Source: Pelagibius sp. 7325
GTDB taxonomy: Bacteria; Pseudomonadota; Alphaproteobacteria; Kiloniellales; Kiloniellaceae
Assembly (NCBI RefSeq): GCF_037652055.1
Contig: NZ_JBBKAH010000001.1
Coordinates: forward strand, 66,221-130,220
Direction: 5' to 3'
Length of the DNA: 64,000 nucleotides
Shown here: positions 38,500-47,917 of the stretch, piece by piece
Numbering within the stretch: the first letter of the stretch is position 1
Layout of the letters: every line of letters begins with the position of its first letter
The notes under the pieces: generated by a model
The model's input: the letters and a program-made list of their open reading frames with translations, nothing else
What the model was told of the DNA's origin: nothing
Databases searched by the model: none
Translations under genes and position numbers: made by a program

Positions 38500-39456
38500 T
38501 GACGAAGCGTACCTAAGGGCTTATCGTCACCCCTCAGCGCATTGGTGCCTCGACACCAGGTAACTTGACCCCTCGCCTAGGCTACTACGCCATTCAAAAA
38601 AAGTGTCGAGATTAGCTGGCGACGTCAAGCTATTTGAGCGTTAACAACTGGAAGAAAAATGAAAAACTGCCATAGACCAGTCTGCTAGGCGAACAAAAGG
38701 TTAGCCAGAAAGGGGCCTGCATGCCATGACGAGCGTGTTGCCAAGTACATAGCAACGATCTTGGATCTCGTTACTTATCAGGCGGCAATCGCCTCGACCC
38801 GCGTTCTATACGCGCCCGCCTGCGGCTACACAATTCGACTACTCTGCTGGTCACAATCCGCGGAGCACCGGGCGTGACCGTGCTGCCCAAGTTGGTCGCA
38901 ACAACGACACCGATCGCCTTCTGTGAGATCGCTAAGCCAATTACGCAGTGCCAGATTGGCCTGATCAGCCGTTCTATGGATTTGCCCGGTCCAGCAATGC
39001 TCGCCTTTGCAGATTTCGCCCCATTCCACGTGCCAGCAAGGAAAGGAACCTGCTGACGGACTTCTAGCGGGAGTCGAGGCGAATGATCGCTGCTGCTGCC
39101 AACTGTTTCTCAGAACTCCAGTCTGAATTTGGCATGATCCGCTCCGGCTCAACTTGAGTCCCGTGGCCCGGCTGCGGGCAGACCGGCGTCCAGCCTTAGC
39201 GAGGACGCTTCCCCCAAATACAAAACCGCGCCCTTCGGTCCCTCTCGAACTGAGGGTGAAGGACGCGGTGGAAGCGTCGGATGCCTGCTTGTCTGTCCGT
39301 CGTGCCGGCGACTGCTTTTGTGGCTGCTTTTCGCTTCTGCTTTTGCTGCTCTCCTGAAGGGTTCCTTCCCTTCGGCACGGGCCTGCCTGGCTGCCAGATG
39401 ACCGGCGCCTGCGTATCAGGCGTTGCTTGACTGAGGCTTTGTGCTTGGGAGTTTGG

Positions 39457-39624
39457 CTAGCTGTCCATGTGTCCCGCGATTTCGTCCTTGATCCGGAGTT
39501 TTTCGCGTTTAAGTTCAATAATCCGGAGATCGTCGGGATGCGGCCTGTGTTCTTCCTCGTCGATTGCGTTTTCGATAGCCGCGTGCTTGGTTCGCAACGA
39601 CGCGATACGCTCATCTGCTGGCAT
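39457..39624 (-). CDS. DUF465 (YdcH-like) small protein
   Basis: MPADERIASLRTKHAAIENAIDEEEHRPHPDDLRIIELKREKLRIKDEIAG. A paralogue lies at 42432-42647. Confidence 0.6.
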   Translation of the reverse strand: MPADERIASLRTKHAAIENAIDEEEHRPHPDDLRIIELKREKLRIKDEIAGHMDS

Positions 39625-39740
39625 TCGGAACCTCCAATGAGCCTCTAGGTACCCGAATATGCTAGACCAGGGACCGTTCGATTGCAATTCGATGACGCCC
39701 CCGGCGCGTGGAAAAACTTAGGTTAAGTTAGGTTAAGTCT

Positions 39741-40337
39741 GTGACCCAAAATCAGCGGTTGATCGTCGGCATCAGCGGGGCAAGCGGCGTGCGCTATGGC
39801 GTGCGCCTGCTGGAGATGCTGCGCGATCTGCCGGTTGAGAGCCACCTGGTGATGTCCAAGGCGGCGGAGATCACCCTGGCCTACGAGACCGAGCTGAAAG
39901 TGGCCGAGGTGACGGCCCTGGCCGACAAGGTCTATCCCGCCGGCGACGTCGGCGCGGCGATCTCCAGCGGCTCCTTCCAGACCCTCGGCATGGTGATCGC
40001 CCCCTGCTCGGTGCGCTCTATGTCGGAAATCGCAACCGGCGTCACCTCGAACCTGCTGACCCGCGCCGCCGACGTGGTGCTGAAGGAACGCCGCCGCCTG
40101 GTCCTCATGCTGCGCGAGACGCCGCTGCACACCGGCCACCTGCGCTCCATGCTGGCGCTGTCGGAGATGGGCGCGATCATCGCGCCGCCGGTGCCCGGCT
40201 TCTACGCCAACCCGCAGTCGATCGACGACATGGTCGACCACACCCTCGGGCGCGTGCTCGACCTCTTCGGCCTCGACGCCGGCACGGTGAAACGCTGGGG
40301 CGAGGACGCCGGCAAGATCCGCCCCCTGCGGGGCTGA
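39741..40337 (+). CDS. ubiX: flavin prenyltransferase UbiX
   Basis: GTG start. Contains LIVGISGASG, the MSKAAE block and full-length collinearity with UbiX/Pad1. Confidence 0.9.
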   Translation: MTQNQRLIVGISGASGVRYGVRLLEMLRDLPVESHLVMSKAAEITLAYETELKVAEVTALADKVYPAGDVGAAISSGSFQTLGMVIAPCSVRSMSEIATGVTSNLLTRAADVVLKERRRLVLMLRETPLHTGHLRSMLALSEMGAIIAPPVPGFYANPQSIDDMVDHTLGRVLDLFGLDAGTVKRWGEDAGKIRPLRG

Positions 40338-40420
40338 AGGGCAAGGTCCGCCCCCTGCGCGGCTGAAGGGCAAGGTCCGTCCGCTGCGGAGTTAGCGCCG
40401 CACAGGGCCGGCCCGCCGCC

Positions 40421-40525
40421 CATCCTTCGAGACGGCTGCTGCGCAGCCTCCTCAGGATGAGGTCAATCATTTTATGTTCCACCCTCATCCTGAGGAGCCG
40501 CCGCAAGGCGGCGTCTCGAAGGATG
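40421..40525. repeat. complete palindromic family-A unit (MITE/REP-like): arm - 20-bp AT-rich core - inverted arm
   Basis: ccatccttcgagacg..ctcctcaggatgagg / tcaatcattttatgttccac / cctcatcctgaggag..cgtctcgaaggatgg. Confidence 0.75.
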
Positions 40526-40558
40526 GACCACAGGCAGGGTGCCTTTTCCCGCAGCCCG

Positions 40559-41131
40559 CTAGCCGAGGTCCTCGAGAATGCGGATGGCGTGGACCGGCGC
40601 CACTTGCGGGCAGGCGCCGTGCAGGATGGCGGCGAGGTCGGCGAAGTCGTCGTCGGTCGGCCGCGGCTTGAAGCGGGTGAGATAGAGATGGAGGTTGGCG
40701 GCGGCCTCCTCCGGCGCGCCTTCACCGGCCACGATTTCGATCTCCTGATAGAGCACCAGCTGCTCCAGCATCTCGGCCTGCAGCTCCAGCGACTTCACCT
40801 CTTCGCGGAAAGCCTCGCCGAGGTCGTCGGGCACGGCGGTCTGCTGCTTCAGCCAGCGCCGCGCGGCGCGCAGCGGTCCCACCACGTTGTCGTGCCAGGG
40901 CCGCGAGGCCGAGCGCAGCAGGCCGATGTCGCCGCCGTCGAACCGCCGTCCCTGCACGCCGGCCCAGGCGCAGAACAGCAGGAGGTTCACGTCCAGCCCG
41001 TGGCGGTCCTGCAGCTCCAGGCAGGCCTCGGCCACGCCGGGGCGTGCATAGAGGGCGCCGGAGAACTGCCAGAAGGGCGTCTCCTCCGGGGAAACGGAAC
41101 CGCTGCGTTCCCGATACCCATGCTTGGTCAT
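40559..41131 (-). CDS. TIGR02444/DUF2390-family hypothetical protein
   Basis: 190 aa. FWQFSGALYARPGVAEACLELQDRHGLDVNLLLFCAWAG matches this conserved proteobacterial family. Confidence 0.6.
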   Translation of the reverse strand: MTKHGYRERSGSVSPEETPFWQFSGALYARPGVAEACLELQDRHGLDVNLLLFCAWAGVQGRRFDGGDIGLLRSASRPWHDNVVGPLRAARRWLKQQTAVPDDLGEAFREEVKSLELQAEMLEQLVLYQEIEIVAGEGAPEEAAANLHLYLTRFKPRPTDDDFADLAAILHGACPQVAPVHAIRILEDLG

Positions 41132-42249
41132 GGCCGGAATTCTCCGAGATAGATACCAAGCCCCTGGGCAGTGTGCACCAAGGGCCCGTCCAGATCGACG
41201 GCTTTGTAGCCGGCGATGGCCTCGCTGATCGGGATGTCGATGACCTGGCGCCCGCTCCAGGCGACCATGCGGTCGAAGTGCCCCTCGGCAATGAGGTCGA
41301 CGGCGCGCACGCCGAAGATCGAGGCCATGAGGCGGTCGCGGTCGGTCGGCAGGCCGCCGCGCTGCAGATGGCCCAGGACGGTGACCCGGGTCTCCGAGCC
41401 GGTCTCCTCGGCGATGCGCGCGGCCAGGTAGTGGCCGACGCCGCCGTAGGTCTGGGCGCCGCTGGCCTGGGTCTGCCTGACCGCCTCGCCGGCCTCGGTC
41501 TTGACCGCCTCGGCCACCACCACCAGGGCGAAGTTGCGCCCCTGGGCCTTCAGCGCCTCGATCTTGGCGGCGATGCCCGCCAGGCTGTAGGGGATCTCGG
41601 GGATCAGGATCACGTCGGCGCCGCCGGCGATGCCGGCCGCGATGGCGATGTGGCCGGCGTCGCGGCCCATGACCTCCAGCACCATCACCCGCGAATGGCT
41701 GGCCGCCGTCGGCTGCAGCTGGTCGAGGGCGTCGGTGGCGACCTTCACCGCCGTGGCATAGCCGATCGAGAGCTCGGTGTGGCCGAGGTCGTTGTCGATG
41801 GTCTTGGGGATGGTCACCAGGTCGATGCCGCCCTGCTGCGCGAGGCGCCGGAGGATCGCCTGGCTGCCGTCGCCGCCGATGCCGATGAGGGCGTCCAGTT
41901 CGAGCTGGCGGTAGCCCTCGATGACCTCGGCGGAGCGGTCGCGGCGGCTGCCGTCGGGCATCGGGTAGTCGAAGGGGTCACCCTTGTTGGTGGTGCCCAG
42001 GATGGTGCCGCCGCGGCGCAGCAAGGTGCCATCCAGCAGGTCGAGGCTGAGCGCCATGGTCTCCGCCTCCACGGGGCGGGCCAGCAGTCCGGCGGTGCCG
42101 TTGCGGATGCCGACCACCTGCCAGCCGTAGTGGCCGGTGGCGCGCAGCACCACCGCCCGCAACGCGGCGTTGAGACCGGCGCAATCGCCGCCACTGGTGA
42201 GAACCCCGATCCGCTTCGGACTTGCCATCTGGCCTGTTTTCCCCGTCAC
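41128..42249 (-). CDS. pfkA: 6-phosphofructokinase (ATP/PPi-dependent PFK family)
   Basis: IGVLTSGGDCAGLNA, IGGDGS, TIPKTIDNDL and MGR motifs. Probable start at MASPKRIG, about 42228. Confidence 0.85.
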   Translation of the reverse strand: MTGKTGQMASPKRIGVLTSGGDCAGLNAALRAVVLRATGHYGWQVVGIRNGTAGLLARPVEAETMALSLDLLDGTLLRRGGTILGTTNKGDPFDYPMPDGSRRDRSAEVIEGYRQLELDALIGIGGDGSQAILRRLAQQGGIDLVTIPKTIDNDLGHTELSIGYATAVKVATDALDQLQPTAASHSRVMVLEVMGRDAGHIAIAAGIAGGADVILIPEIPYSLAGIAAKIEALKAQGRNFALVVVAEAVKTEAGEAVRQTQASGAQTYGGVGHYLAARIAEETGSETRVTVLGHLQRGGLPTDRDRLMASIFGVRAVDLIAEGHFDRMVAWSGRQVIDIPISEAIAGYKAVDLDGPLVHTAQGLGIYLGEFRP

Positions 42250-42431
42250 CCCTGCCGCCTTCGCAACGAAAAACGCTTTTCGGGGCAGACTTTAGCAGCT
42301 TATGGGACTAGAAATCTCGGGTTGCGGGCAGTCTGCGCGCAATCGGGGCGGCCAGCCCGCAAGACTCCCGCCCCAAGACTCCCAAGGGGATCGCCAAGCG
42401 GGTATACTCCCGGGCGCGTCCCACACCTCGC

Positions 42432-42647
42432 ATGAGCGCAATGGATCAACCGGATCTCGACCAGCTGCGTCGCAAACTCGCCGAGCTCAAATCGGAGCAC
42501 CGCGACCTCGACGACGTCATCAGCCATCTCGCGGAAACCCGCCCCTTCGACCAGCTTCAGCTGCAGCGCCTGAAGAAGCGCAAGCTGGCGCTGAAGGACC
42601 AGATCCTGAAGCTGGAAGACGCCATGCTGCCGGATATCATCGCTTAG
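42432..42647 (+). CDS. DUF465 (YdcH-like) small protein
   Basis: LRRKLAELKSEHRDLDDVISHL...LQRLKKRKLALKDQILKLE. Confidence 0.7.
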   Translation: MSAMDQPDLDQLRRKLAELKSEHRDLDDVISHLAETRPFDQLQLQRLKKRKLALKDQILKLEDAMLPDIIA

Positions 42648-42694
42648 CCGGATCGCTTAGCAGGCTGCTGAGAAAGGGCGCCCGACCTGCAACA

Positions 42695-42797
42695 CATCCT
42701 TCGAGACGGCGCTGACGCGCCTCCTCAGGATGAGGTAAGACTATGAAATGATTGACCTCATGCTGAGGAGCACGCGAGCGCGTGCGTCTCGAAGCAC
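42695..42797. repeat. complete palindromic family-A unit (MITE/REP-like)
   Basis: catccttcgagacg..ctcctcaggatgagg / taagactatgaaatgattga / cctcatgctgaggag..cgtctcgaagcacg. Confidence 0.75.
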
Positions 42798-42853
42798 GAG
42801 GTCAATCAGGCCGTCAGGACTTTTTCAGCAACCGATCAGGGCGGAGTCGCCGG

Positions 42854-43609
42854 TCAGCTTTCGCCGCGGCCGCTGCGTTTGTGCTCGTACATCGCCCGGT
42901 CGGCGGCGTTGAGGGCGTCGTCCGCGCGCTGGCCGCTGGAAAGGGTGTGGACTCCGTAGGCCACCGAGATGCGCAGGCGGCGGCCGTCCCACTCGACCTC
43001 CTCGGCGGCGATCGCCCCGGCCAGCCGGGCGGCCTTGGCGGCCGCCGGCTCCAGGGCCGACTGCGCCAGGATGACGCCGAACTCGTCGCCGCCCAGGCGG
43101 CCGACCACGTCGGACGCGCGGGTGTCGCGCAGCAGCACCTCGCAGACCCGCTTCAGCACCGCGTCGCCGGCGGCATGGCCGTGGGTGTCGTTCACGACCT
43201 TGAGGTCGTTCACGTCGAAATAGAGCACCGCGCCGGCGGCACCGTAGCGTTCCTCGAAGGCGGCCATGCGGCTCAGCTCGCGCACGAAGGCGCGGCGGTT
43301 CAGCACCGGCGCCAGGGTGTCCTGGTCGGCCAGCTGCTCCAGGTAGCCGACGCGCTGGCGCGACTCCTCGAGCTCCTGGCGCAGGGAGTAGACCTCGGCC
43401 ATCAGCTGCTGCAGGGCCTTGCGGACCTTGGGCGTCAGCTCGGTCTCGGGGATCCCCATGACAGAGGCCACGTCCTCGGGCTGCGGCACCGGCCGGGCCT
43501 GCTCGGCTGCGCGGTAGGCCGCCCCGGCGCGCGCGGCGGTGCCGGGCGCCACCCCGGGCGCCACCCCGGGCGTCAGGGGGGCCGATCCGCCTGTCTTGCT
43601 TACCTTCAT
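42854..43609 (-). CDS. GGDEF-domain diguanylate cyclase
   Basis: RAFVRELSRM...LYFDVNDLKVVNDTHGHAAGDAVL...RLGGDEFGVIL. The N-terminus carries a PGVA-type tandem repeat. The start is uncertain (ORF extends to 43897). Confidence 0.75.
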   Translation of the reverse strand: MKVSKTGGSAPLTPGVAPGVAPGTAARAGAAYRAAEQARPVPQPEDVASVMGIPETELTPKVRKALQQLMAEVYSLRQELEESRQRVGYLEQLADQDTLAPVLNRRAFVRELSRMAAFEERYGAAGAVLYFDVNDLKVVNDTHGHAAGDAVLKRVCEVLLRDTRASDVVGRLGGDEFGVILAQSALEPAAAKAARLAGAIAAEEVEWDGRRLRISVAYGVHTLSSGQRADDALNAADRAMYEHKRSGRGES

Positions 43610-43974
43610 CCTGGCTTCCAACGATTTCCCGGCCGTCCCGGGAGTGTTAACGGTCCGTTCACCTAAGCGTCCTGGCGAGCCGATTACGGCCGCAAGTCTA
43701 GCACGAAGCTTAGGGGACGAGGGTAAAGGCTTCCTTGCGGGCCGGGAGTGGCGCCGCGGCGACCCTTGCGGGGCAAAACCCCGGAAAACGGGCCTTTCCA
43801 CCCCACGCGGAGGCGGGTTGCGCGACGGGTTGCGCGGCTGCCGGCTTGCCCGGATAATGCGCGCCTTTTCCCGGGCTGCCGCCCGACGGCAAGGCAACGG
43901 GCGGCAGAGCCAAAGGTTTCAGCAAAGCTTTCAGCAGAAGTTTCAGCAGACGTTTCAGGGGGGACGCGAACAGC

Positions 43975-44472
43975 ATGGCGGAGCAGCAGCCGCAGGTCGG
44001 AATCATCATGGGCAGCCAGTCGGACTGGCCGACCATGAAGCACGCCGCCGAGGTGTTGGAGCGGCTGGGCGTCGCCCACGAGGTCCGCATCGTTTCCGCC
44101 CACCGCACCCCGCAGCGGCTCTACGACTACGCCACCACGGCACGCGAGCGCGGCCTGAAGGTCGTCATCGCCGGCGCCGGCGGGGCCGCCCATCTGCCCG
44201 GCATGGCCGCCGCCATGACGCCGCTGCCGGTCTTCGGCGTGCCGATCGAAAGCAAGGCGCTGAAGGGCCAGGACTCGCTGCTCTCCATCGTGCAGATGCC
44301 CGGCGGCATTCCGGTCGGCACCCTGGCCATCGGCAAAGCCGGCGCCATCAACGCCGGCCTGCTGGCCGCCGCCGTCATCGCCCTCAGCGATCCCCAGGTC
44401 GCCACGGCGCTGGACGACTGGCGCCGGCAGCAGACGGCCGCCGTCGCCGAACGGCCCCAGGACGAAGCCTGA
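43975..44472 (+). CDS. purE: 5-(carboxyamino)imidazole ribonucleotide mutase
   Basis: [26 protein letters not shown]...[23 protein letters not shown]. Confidence 0.9.
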   Translation: MAEQQPQVGIIMGSQSDWPTMKHAAEVLERLGVAHEVRIVSAHRTPQRLYDYATTARERGLKVVIAGAGGAAHLPGMAAAMTPLPVFGVPIESKALKGQDSLLSIVQMPGGIPVGTLAIGKAGAINAGLLAAAVIALSDPQVATALDDWRRQQTAAVAERPQDEA

Positions 44473-44514
44473 ACGTCTTTTCCGCCCCCCGCGTCTCCCG
44501 AAGGAAACCCGATC

Positions 44515-45621
44515 TTGCCCGAATTGACCGGCCCCCTTGACCGCCCCTTGAGCCCAGGCGCCACCATCGGCATTCTCGGCAGCGGCCAGCTGGGCCGCAT
44601 GGCGGCGCTGGCCGCCGCGCGCCTCGGCTACCGCTGCCACGTCTACGGGCCGGAAGCGGACGCCCCGGCGAACCAGGTGTGCGACGCCGCGACGGTGGCA
44701 GCCTACGACGACGTCGCGGCCCTGACCCGCTTCGCCGCGGCGGTCGACGTAGTGACCTTCGAATTCGAGAACATCCCGCTGGCGACCGTCGAGGTACTGG
44801 AGAAGCTGGCGCCGCTGCGGCCCGGCGCCGCCGTGCTGTCGATCTGCCAGCACCGCCTGCGCGAGAAGGACTTCTGCAACGGCGTTTCGGTGCCGACCAC
44901 CGCCTACCGCGCCGCCGAGGACGTCGGCGGCCTGCGCCGGGCGGTCGAAGCGATCGGCACGCCCTGCATCCTGAAGAGTGCCGAGCTGGGCTATGACGGC
45001 AAAGGCCAGGTGCGCATCACGGCAGAGAGCGATCTGGCGGAAGCCTGGGCCGCGATGCGCGGCCACGCGGCGGACGCCGTCGGCATCGTCGAGGCCATCG
45101 TCCCGTTCCGCATGGAGATCTCGGCGATCGTCGCGCGTTCGGCCGACGGCAGCGTGCGCACCTATGTGCCGGTGGAGAATCGTCACAAGAACCACATCCT
45201 GGACGAGACCATCGCGCCGGCCAACCTGCCGGACGAACTCTCCGACCGCGCCGAGGCCATCGCCCGCCACCTGGCCAAGGAGATGGGACTGATCGGCCTG
45301 CTGGCGGTCGAAATGTTCGTCACCCACGACAACAAGATCCTGGTCAACGAACTGGCGCCACGGCCGCACAACTCCGGACACTGGACCCTCGACGCCTGCG
45401 TCACCTCGCAGTTCGAACAGTTCATCCGCGCCGTCGCCGGCCTGCCGCTGGGCTCGACCGAGCGCCTCTGCGACGCGGTGATGAAGAACCTTCTGGGCGA
45501 CGAGGTGAACGACTGGCTGCGGATCCTCTCCGAGCCCGGCAACAAGCTGCATCTCTACGGCAAGGCCGAAGCGCGGCCGGGCCGCAAGATGGGCCACGTC
45601 ACCCGCCTGATCCGGCGCTGA
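44515..45621 (+). CDS. purK: 5-(carboxyamino)imidazole ribonucleotide synthase
   Basis: ATP-grasp fold immediately downstream of purE (IGILGSGQLGRM, C-terminal GHVT). Confidence 0.9.
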   Translation: MPELTGPLDRPLSPGATIGILGSGQLGRMAALAAARLGYRCHVYGPEADAPANQVCDAATVAAYDDVAALTRFAAAVDVVTFEFENIPLATVEVLEKLAPLRPGAAVLSICQHRLREKDFCNGVSVPTTAYRAAEDVGGLRRAVEAIGTPCILKSAELGYDGKGQVRITAESDLAEAWAAMRGHAADAVGIVEAIVPFRMEISAIVARSADGSVRTYVPVENRHKNHILDETIAPANLPDELSDRAEAIARHLAKEMGLIGLLAVEMFVTHDNKILVNELAPRPHNSGHWTLDACVTSQFEQFIRAVAGLPLGSTERLCDAVMKNLLGDEVNDWLRILSEPGNKLHLYGKAEARPGRKMGHVTRLIRR

Positions 45622-45639
45622 CCGCACCGGGCCTGGCGG

Positions 45640-46014
45640 CTATGGCTGCGGGCAGAAGCGTTTCAGCGCATCCAGCAACTGCTCGCTGAGCACCGGCTTG
45701 ATGAGGATATCGGCCGGATGGTCGGCCTTGATCCGCTGCTGGGTTTCCGGTTCGGTCGAGCCGGTCACATAGACGGTCGGTACTGGCTTGTGGCGATGAA
45801 TTTCAAACGCCGCGTCGACGCCGTCCTTTTCGCCCTGCAGGCGGACGTCCATGAAAATCAGAGCCGGGTCGTTCTCCCGGGCGAGCTTCACCGCCTCGTC
45901 CGCCGACAGTGCGATTCCGCAAACCTCATAACCTGCCGACTCGACGATCACCCTGAAGTACTCGGCAATGATCTGTTCGTCCTCGACGATGAGAACCTTT
46001 GGTGTGGTCTGCAT
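45640..46014 (-). CDS. single-domain response regulator (REC)
   Basis: KVLIVEDE, phospho-acceptor FMDVRL, and TGS/K (VYVTGS ... KP). Confidence 0.8.
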   Translation of the reverse strand: MQTTPKVLIVEDEQIIAEYFRVIVESAGYEVCGIALSADEAVKLARENDPALIFMDVRLQGEKDGVDAAFEIHRHKPVPTVYVTGSTEPETQQRIKADHPADILIKPVLSEQLLDALKRFCPQP

Positions 46015-46028
46015 GCGAAAGCCTCAAT

Positions 46029-47594
46029 TCAGGATCGGGGAGTCTTGTCCAAAGGTATCGTAAACGCGATGCAGAATCCGTCTTCACCAAAACGCCGTGT
46101 CTGCGCGCGCAGCTGTGCCGCCAAGGAGCGCACAATCATACTGCCGACGGTGCCGCCGTCGCCGGCCGGGCCGGCAAGGCCGACACCGTTATCGCTAACG
46201 CTGAGCTGAAGGCGATTGCCGTCGATCCGCTTCGCCACTACCTCGATCCGACCCGCGCGCCCGTCCGGAAATGCGTGTTTGGCGGCATTGGACAGCAACT
46301 CCGTTACCAGAAGGCCGATAGGAACAGCCTGTTCGAGATCCAATCCGATCTCGTCAACCGAGGTATCGATACTGATCCCGCGATCATCCAGTCCGGCACC
46401 GCGGCCCTGCTGATCGCAGAGATCGGTCAGGAAGCTTCGCAGGTCCACCGTCGCCAGATCCTGCGCGGAGATGAGCTTCTGATGCACGAGACTGATGGCA
46501 TGCAGTCGCGAACGGATTCCGGCCAGACGCTGGTCCAGAGGTGAATCGTTTCCGCGCATGGCTTCCAGGGCCAGCATGGCATCGATGAACTGGAGATTGT
46601 TCTTGACGCGGTGATAGACCTCCTGCAGCAGCACATCGCGCTCATGCAGCAGTCGCCGCAGCTGAGCATTCGCGGCAATGATGTCCTTCGCGTCGGCGTT
46701 CTCGCGCTGGGCGCTCCAGAACAGCAAGCCGACCAGTGAACTCATCATCGTAATCGCCAGGAGGCTGAGACGAAAATTGACGTCGAAGATTCCCGCCTCG
46801 ACCGCGGCAAGGGTCAGCCCGCAGAACGCAAACGGGCCCAGGACAACGAAGGGCAAGGTACGCCTGAGCGTCGCACCACCGGGCCCGGGCCCCATGACGA
46901 GGAACATCCAGCCCCAGGTCGGGCGGGCCAACATTAAAGCCACGAACATCAGGAAGAAGCCGACCGCGGTGTGGAGGGACATCGCCGTGTAGACGAACAC
47001 CGCGTAGAGTGACTCGGCATCGAAGGCATATCCCACCAAGGCCAGGGTGGTGACGAGGAGACCGGCCAGCACCAGCAGCCCGTAGAGGTCGCCATTCAGA
47101 AAGCGTCCGCGGCGACGGCGAACCAGCAGGCAGCCCGCCGCCAGCATCAGGCAGGTCGCCGTGGCGGGCGACATATAGACCTCCGCCAGCGCCCCCGAAA
47201 AACTGAAGAGAAACTGGTCCAGGCCGATTTGCAGCGGGCTAGCCAGAAGCGCCAGATCAGCCAGGGCGAGACAGAGAAGGAAGCCTGCCCCCAGTCTCTT
47301 GGATCCGGGTCTCACGAAGCGCCGCCGGGACACTCCGCCAAGCGTCAGCAAAGCGCAGAGAAGCAGGCCCACCGCAGTGGTGATCGCCATGCTGCGGCTT
47401 CCGGTCGCCTCGCCGCGAGCCGCGGCAACGTCCATGCCCCAGCCGACGAACAGGACGACGCCCGCCAGAACGGCGACGATTGCACAAAGGACCCGCGCGC
47501 CCCCGCGCGCCCGTCTCGCGCGGATACGGGAGGTCAGCGACGCACTATCATAGATTGAAATCGTGCCGGGAAAAGGGGATACGGCCATCACCAT
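46029..47594 (-). CDS. membrane-anchored sensor histidine kinase (HisKA_2/HWE-type)
   Basis: About 8 N-terminal TM helices, then the H-box EVYHRVKNNLQFIDAMLAL and an ATPase region (LVTELLSNAAKHAF...DNGVGL). Confidence 0.75.
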   Translation of the reverse strand: MVMAVSPFPGTISIYDSASLTSRIRARRARGGARVLCAIVAVLAGVVLFVGWGMDVAAARGEATGSRSMAITTAVGLLLCALLTLGGVSRRRFVRPGSKRLGAGFLLCLALADLALLASPLQIGLDQFLFSFSGALAEVYMSPATATCLMLAAGCLLVRRRRGRFLNGDLYGLLVLAGLLVTTLALVGYAFDAESLYAVFVYTAMSLHTAVGFFLMFVALMLARPTWGWMFLVMGPGPGGATLRRTLPFVVLGPFAFCGLTLAAVEAGIFDVNFRLSLLAITMMSSLVGLLFWSAQRENADAKDIIAANAQLRRLLHERDVLLQEVYHRVKNNLQFIDAMLALEAMRGNDSPLDQRLAGIRSRLHAISLVHQKLISAQDLATVDLRSFLTDLCDQQGRGAGLDDRGISIDTSVDEIGLDLEQAVPIGLLVTELLSNAAKHAFPDGRAGRIEVVAKRIDGNRLQLSVSDNGVGLAGPAGDGGTVGSMIVRSLAAQLRAQTRRFGEDGFCIAFTIPLDKTPRS

Positions 47595-47917
47595 GCATGG
47601 GCAAAATAGGTACCAATTGACTACTAAATGCTGACAAATCGGACGATACGATGATGACAGCCCGCCCTACCACTGTGAAGTGTGTTTATCGTGTGACCGC
47701 CGGCAGGTGAAGGCCCAGCCACGAACGCCCCGGCAAGATTCCAGCAATGACTATAACGCGCAGCGGCGCGGCGTTTTGCCGGCTACCCGAGGTCACCTCC
47801 AATATCATTTGTCACCGCCGGTTAATTCTTTGAGGTCAATGAAGCTGCGATAGTCTCAATGCAAGGGCGTGACAATCCGGCAGGCCACCCGCTTATACTG
47901 CTCCTCCACGGATCGAC

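Noticed and set aside
38826-39614. 262-aa minus-strand ORF upstream of the RT
   Set aside because: Extremely S/R/T-rich low-complexity translation with no domain. Its 3' part overlaps the DUF465 gene frame. Treated as non-coding and flagged instead as a candidate ncRNA region.
43684-45627. 647-aa minus-strand ORF
   Set aside because: Antisense to purE and purK, which are unambiguous.
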